A stretch of 55,674 nt of DNA, counting the filler, from Bipalium vagum (Eukaryota), in the NCBI GenBank assembly GCA_037834085.1. It is 3 parts of 3 records of this genome, joined end to end, with 100 filler letters (N's around TTAATTAATTAA, not from the genome) between each part and the next. Parts side by side here need not be neighbours in the genome. Positions count along the whole stretch, not along the records: positions 39,256 to 55,674 come from JBBMKC010112015.1; 2 more parts are not named here. One strand, 5' to 3'. Positions 52,218-55,674 of this stretch are shown here, in pieces. Each line of letters starts with the position of its first letter. The first letter of the stretch is position 1. The notes under the pieces are model-generated. The model saw only the letters and a list, made by a program, of their open reading frames with translations, did no database searches and was not told where the DNA came from. The position numbers and the translations under genes are program-made.

Positions 52218-54276
52218 TAATAATGTTTATAATTATAGCATATTAAAGTGAATCCGCCTCCTAATTCTGAGATATAAAATAATTAATATTCCCAGCTTCT
52301 AGAATGTGAATTTGAAAAGGTTTGGCAAGATTTTATTCGTCAGACTAATGATCCTCAATGTTACCAATGCGAGTTTCCGGAACATGCACCTGAGACTAAT
52401 GGCCGCTCTTCTTGTGATACTCATCAAAGGCAATTACGGAATAAGTTAGACGTATCTAAACGAAAAGTAAAACGACATCCAGGTCTAAATTTTACACAAA
52501 CATTTAATGCAGATCGAAAAGAGATTGACTACTTTACAAAATCATAAGCTGAGTTGGGATCAAATTGAAATGGAAATAAGCGAACTGTCAGCTTTGCTTG
52601 AAGGACAAGACATTAGGTTCGGCCAAATGGTCTCTCAACTGAAGAATGATGGTCTACTCTTCGATTTGTTTGAAGTTTCTCTAATAATTTCTTTGAAATT
52701 CTTTATCTATTCTTCAAGAAAGTCTTAATGGAACTAATTTCAAAACGGGACCATTTGGAAAGCCTGAACGATCGAATTCGGACTCTCAATAATGATAGCG
52801 GGGCTCATCACAATTTCGGCCTTCCTCACTATACCAAATATTTCAATCTCCATCAAAAATACTCAGAATTATTACGGGAAATGGAGAACATTCACAAAGA
52901 GATCAAGATACCAGAAGTTGACGACGATCCCTTCCATGAAAACATGGACGAAGAACAGCAAAAGCACTTTAAGCAAAATGTCAAAGAATCAGATATTTTC
53001 AGGGTATTTATTATTTTTTTAGTATTGTTATTATTATTATGATAATTATTTTTGTATTAATATTATTATTATTATTGTTAATTATTGAATTTTATATATT
53101 AATTTATTATCTATTAAAAGAACTACAATTGAGTACGGACATTATAAAAATTTACAAATTTACCTTTATAATTTTGACTTAAATAATAATCTTATTAATT
53201 ATTTAATATAATCACAGTAATATCAATAATAATATTTTTTATAAAAACACAACAATAATATATTATTAATAATAATAAATAATAAAAATAATATTAATAT
53301 TGGGAATAAAAAATAATTATTATTTATTATATTTACAATAATTTCAATTTCGAGACTTCTTCAGACAAGTACAATAATAAATAATAAGGAAATAATAATA
53401 AAAAATAAATAATACCTTTATTTATAATAAATATGAAAATATAATAATAAAATATAATTAATATTATTAATTAAAATATAATAAAATATTATTATAATTA
53501 TAATTCCCATTTAGATACTAATAATATTAATAATAAATAATAATAATAATAATAATATTTTTTATAAAATAGAAATAATAATATTATATTAATAATAAAT
53601 AAAAAAAATTATTATTATGAATAAAAACAAAAATATTATTTTAATTATAATTTTCATTTAGAGACTGCTTCAGACAAGTACGCAAACCAACCAAGACAAG
53701 TCCACCCATACTCCGAGAATGGTTCGACATGCCTCTATTCCAAGCTTAACTGAACATTCAAGCAAGATCATCCAGACCTTAAGGAATTCGAAACAAAATA
53801 ATTCCACTCAGAAAGACCGAAGTAAAGAATTTCTCCACAAAATAAGTCAGACTTTGAAGGAGAGCGCAACAAAATCGATGCAGCATGATGATTTTGACAG
53901 GGTAGATAATGAGGGTCAGTTTCGTGAAAAGGGAAAACACATAAAACGGCTTCTTCATTTATTGGGCCTCATCAAAGAAATCAAACAAGACCTAGTCACA
54001 TCAGAAAGAAACATGTCTTTGCCAAACTGTCATACTCTTTATTCCAGATCAGATAACCCCCTTCGCCACTCTTTAGAGTCAATAAGACATAACCTTATAA
54101 CCACGAGAAAAAACGAGCCGACCTCATTACTGAGAAATAAGAAAATGTACAAGTCTTTTGAGTCATTAAGAAACCAACCATCAGTTAAGACTCATAAAGA
54201 TCTTCAGTCATCATTATATAATGTTCCGAAAAACCGGTCTGGGAAGAAACAAAAAAAGGTAACTAAGATAGTCTGA
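39428..54276 (+). CDS. Giant spectrin-repeat/coiled-coil protein, probably nesprin-1/MSP-300-like, 5'-partial (~2,513 aa); exons 39428-39544, 39594-40400, 40603-44649, 45281-45433, 45921-46091, 46497-46820, 49280-49429, 50489-50842, 51580-51765, 52296-52466, 52513-52674, 52719-53003, 53662-54276
   Basis: All 13 exons have AG/GT boundaries, lengths divisible by 3 and one continuous open frame. The protein is helical and rich in E/K/L/Q with periodic Trp typical of spectrin repeats (KEFNTWTR, YTVWLDSM, DEFNLWSN, TERWINDT, TEKWLLST). Family assignment is inference because no CH or KASH domain is visible. The last exon could instead splice out at AAG|GTAACT (54259). Confidence 0.85.
44684..45240. 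mobile_element. Intronic MITE with ~65-bp imperfect TIRs
   Basis: Left ...AAACATTTATTAGATAAAATATTATACAACATCAGAA is the reverse complement of right TTCTGGTGTTGTATAATATTTTATCAAATAAATGTTT... Confidence 0.8.
46128..46380. mobile_element. Intronic pogo-type MITE
   Basis: 30-bp TIRs ACTGTAAAATCCCGAGTATAGGCTGCAGCT / AGTTGCAGCTTATACTCTGGATTTTACAGT, with an internal repeat of TATAAGCTGCA. Confidence 0.85.
47167..48717 (+). mobile_element. Decayed intronic mariner carrying a nested Merlin element
   Basis: TIR-like ends TTGGTTGAGCAAAAAGTCT / AGACTTTACTCAATCCGA. Remnants FLKRIITGDEKWISYN and NGAYIVE*. Confidence 0.8.
47258..47838 (+). mobile_element. Merlin/IS1595 (ISXO2-like) transposon deletion derivative
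   Basis: TIRs GGATCAATTACC / GGTTATTGATTC and ~8-bp TSD (GAAATATA / AAAATATA). Remnant TLLPIV...GTIIISD*WGA...GFKHLTVNHSVYFVDPST..KTQAIEAY..KVK...HLREWMW. Confidence 0.88.
50884..51555 (-). mobile_element. Internally deleted intronic mariner
   Basis: Minus-strand HTH remnant (RSIQRWFLRFKNNNF) fused to ILPHSGYSPDFAPTDFHLYRSL...IINNGEY; TIR-like TATTGGGTCGATACATATAAGC. Confidence 0.82.
53225..53681 (+). repeat. Imperfect ~310-bp-period tandem duplication covering the last acceptor of the spectrin-repeat gene
   Basis: TTTCAATTTCGAGACTTCTTCAGACAAGTAC (53342-53372) vs TTTCATTTAGAGACTGCTTCAGACAAGTAC (53652-53681), with similar AT-rich upstream flanks. Confidence 0.75.
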
Positions 54277-54839
54277 AACCAGAGGTCACCTCCATGATGG
54301 ATCAGTTTGTGAAAAAAAAGTTGAATATATTCTCATCCTCAAAATCAGATTCATAGGTTACAAACTTAGTTTTGCATTTTTTACATTTTTGGAGATATTT
54401 TACACAGAAAATTATATATCAATGAAATTTTGTTGTTGACATTGATATCTCATTGGGTTGGCCTTGTCTTTTTCAAATTATATATATATAAATAAATAAT
54501 ATTTATTACTATAATATTCATAAATCTCATCAAGTAATGAAGAAGGTACTCCAATGATTTCAAAACAGCATGACGTCACTAGAATTGGCGAAATATGAAC
54601 CATCAATCATCAAGTCTTTTGAATGTTCACAAGACCAGAGATCCCATTGAGTTTTTGCATATATCAAAAAGAAATAGTCACACCTCAACTATTCAACTTT
54701 TTGCTCACGAACATTTTTGAGTCGGATAATCAAAAATTATAAATTACACAAAAATATACCCGATAAAATAAATGTAGTAAGAACAAAATAAAAAAAATAC
54801 AAAAATTATTTATTAAAGAAACTATTTTAAATTTTCTGC

Positions 54840-55570
54840 TTCAAAGGTGTTTTGATTCTTTGAGATCTTTTGTAAGTGATTTACTGAAACTTTCCCGTCC
54901 TTTATTATTATTTTTATTTTCCATTAACACAACCTTTTCTATTTTTTAAAAGAATATGTTTAATCTTTTTTGTTTCATTGTTCAATTTGGTCTTCATCAC
55001 TTTCTGATATATTTTCGCTTAATTATCAGTTCATCAGTAATTTCGGTTTCAGTTACATTTTCTTGATTTTCTTTTTTGTTGATGATTCTTTTCAACAATC
55101 TTTTATTTAAATCATCAACTGCCTTGCAAATACCTGCGTTATCAAATAGTCCGTTTAAATACTCGTCTTTTTAAGCCAATTTAAAATTGTTGACTCTGTT
55201 ACATTAACTCCGATATATTAATAACAGCCAACCTTTCAGCAGTAGTTTAAATATCTTTAATTCATCAACAGCTTCATTCATCTTTGTAAGTACATTTTAC
55301 AATAGAAAGCTTTGACTGAACTGATAATAATACATTTTCATCTCATTTGGTTTTCCGTTATATCTACAGCTTTTAATATTAAATATATTTTTGAAATTAA
55401 ATAAACAACCATGAGGATATTTCAATTTTTCTATCTTCATCAAAACCATTAAATATTTTTCTTTTTCGTTCAAACTTCTTCATGTACTCAAATTCCTTCG
55501 TTAACTTTTATTTAATCATAAAAATGTTCCTTCTTTGGGCTCTTTTTTGTTTAAGGAACTATTGGCTCAT
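54840..55570 (-). pseudogene. Decayed ORF of unknown, probably TE, origin
   Basis: Long K/E/N-rich minus-strand frames broken by stops (e.g. EYLNGLFDNAGICKAVDDLNKRLLKR); no recognised motif. Confidence 0.25.
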
Positions 55571-55674
55571 AGTAAGTGCGTTCCTATTGGTTAGTTTTTT
55601 TTTTGGATTTAATAATTATAACTTTTTAATTGATAATATTATAGATACGTCAATGTTCATACGAATATTATCAA

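Noticed and set aside
53004-53042. Hydrophobic tail VFIIFLVLLLL* as a KASH-like membrane anchor
   Set aside because: Read-through into a TTA/ATT-rich intron; too short and lacks the luminal PPPX peptide.
5525-54276. All three host genes end in TGA, hinting at TAA/TAG reassignment
   Set aside because: The 4-kb exon and all other exons contain no in-frame TAA/TAG despite many Gln codons; three genes is too few to mean anything.
11188-54276. Idea that this genome has only phase-0 introns
   Set aside because: DDHD1 has two phase-1 introns (4763, 5226) and a probable phase-2 acceptor (966).

Overview
Very AT-rich animal genomic DNA with three scaffold gaps. Three spliced + strand host genes can be reconstructed by hand. 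(1) The 3' part of a DDHD-domain intracellular phospholipase A1 (DDHD1-like, 967-5527), largely missed by the ORF track. (2) A complete 3-exon, 205-aa Rab10 (11188-12492). (3) At least 13 exons (~2,513 aa, including one 4,047-bp exon) of a giant spectrin-repeat protein, probably nesprin/MSP-300-like (39428-54276); its 5' end and any KASH domain are not visible. The rest is decayed DNA transposons (Tc1, several mariners, pogo/Tigger and their MITEs, a hAT/CGGBP1-like element, a Merlin/IS1595 element), retroelement debris, (AAT)n microsatellites and a few GC-richer non-coding islands. I found no clear-cut new multi-gene system. The most notable signals are very degenerate splice sites with a 44-51 bp intron class, a compact three-hairpin structured-RNA candidate at ~32.0-32.2 kb, motif-sharing GC islands, and the unusual C-terminus of the spectrin-repeat gene. 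All calls are from manual reading; no searches were run.
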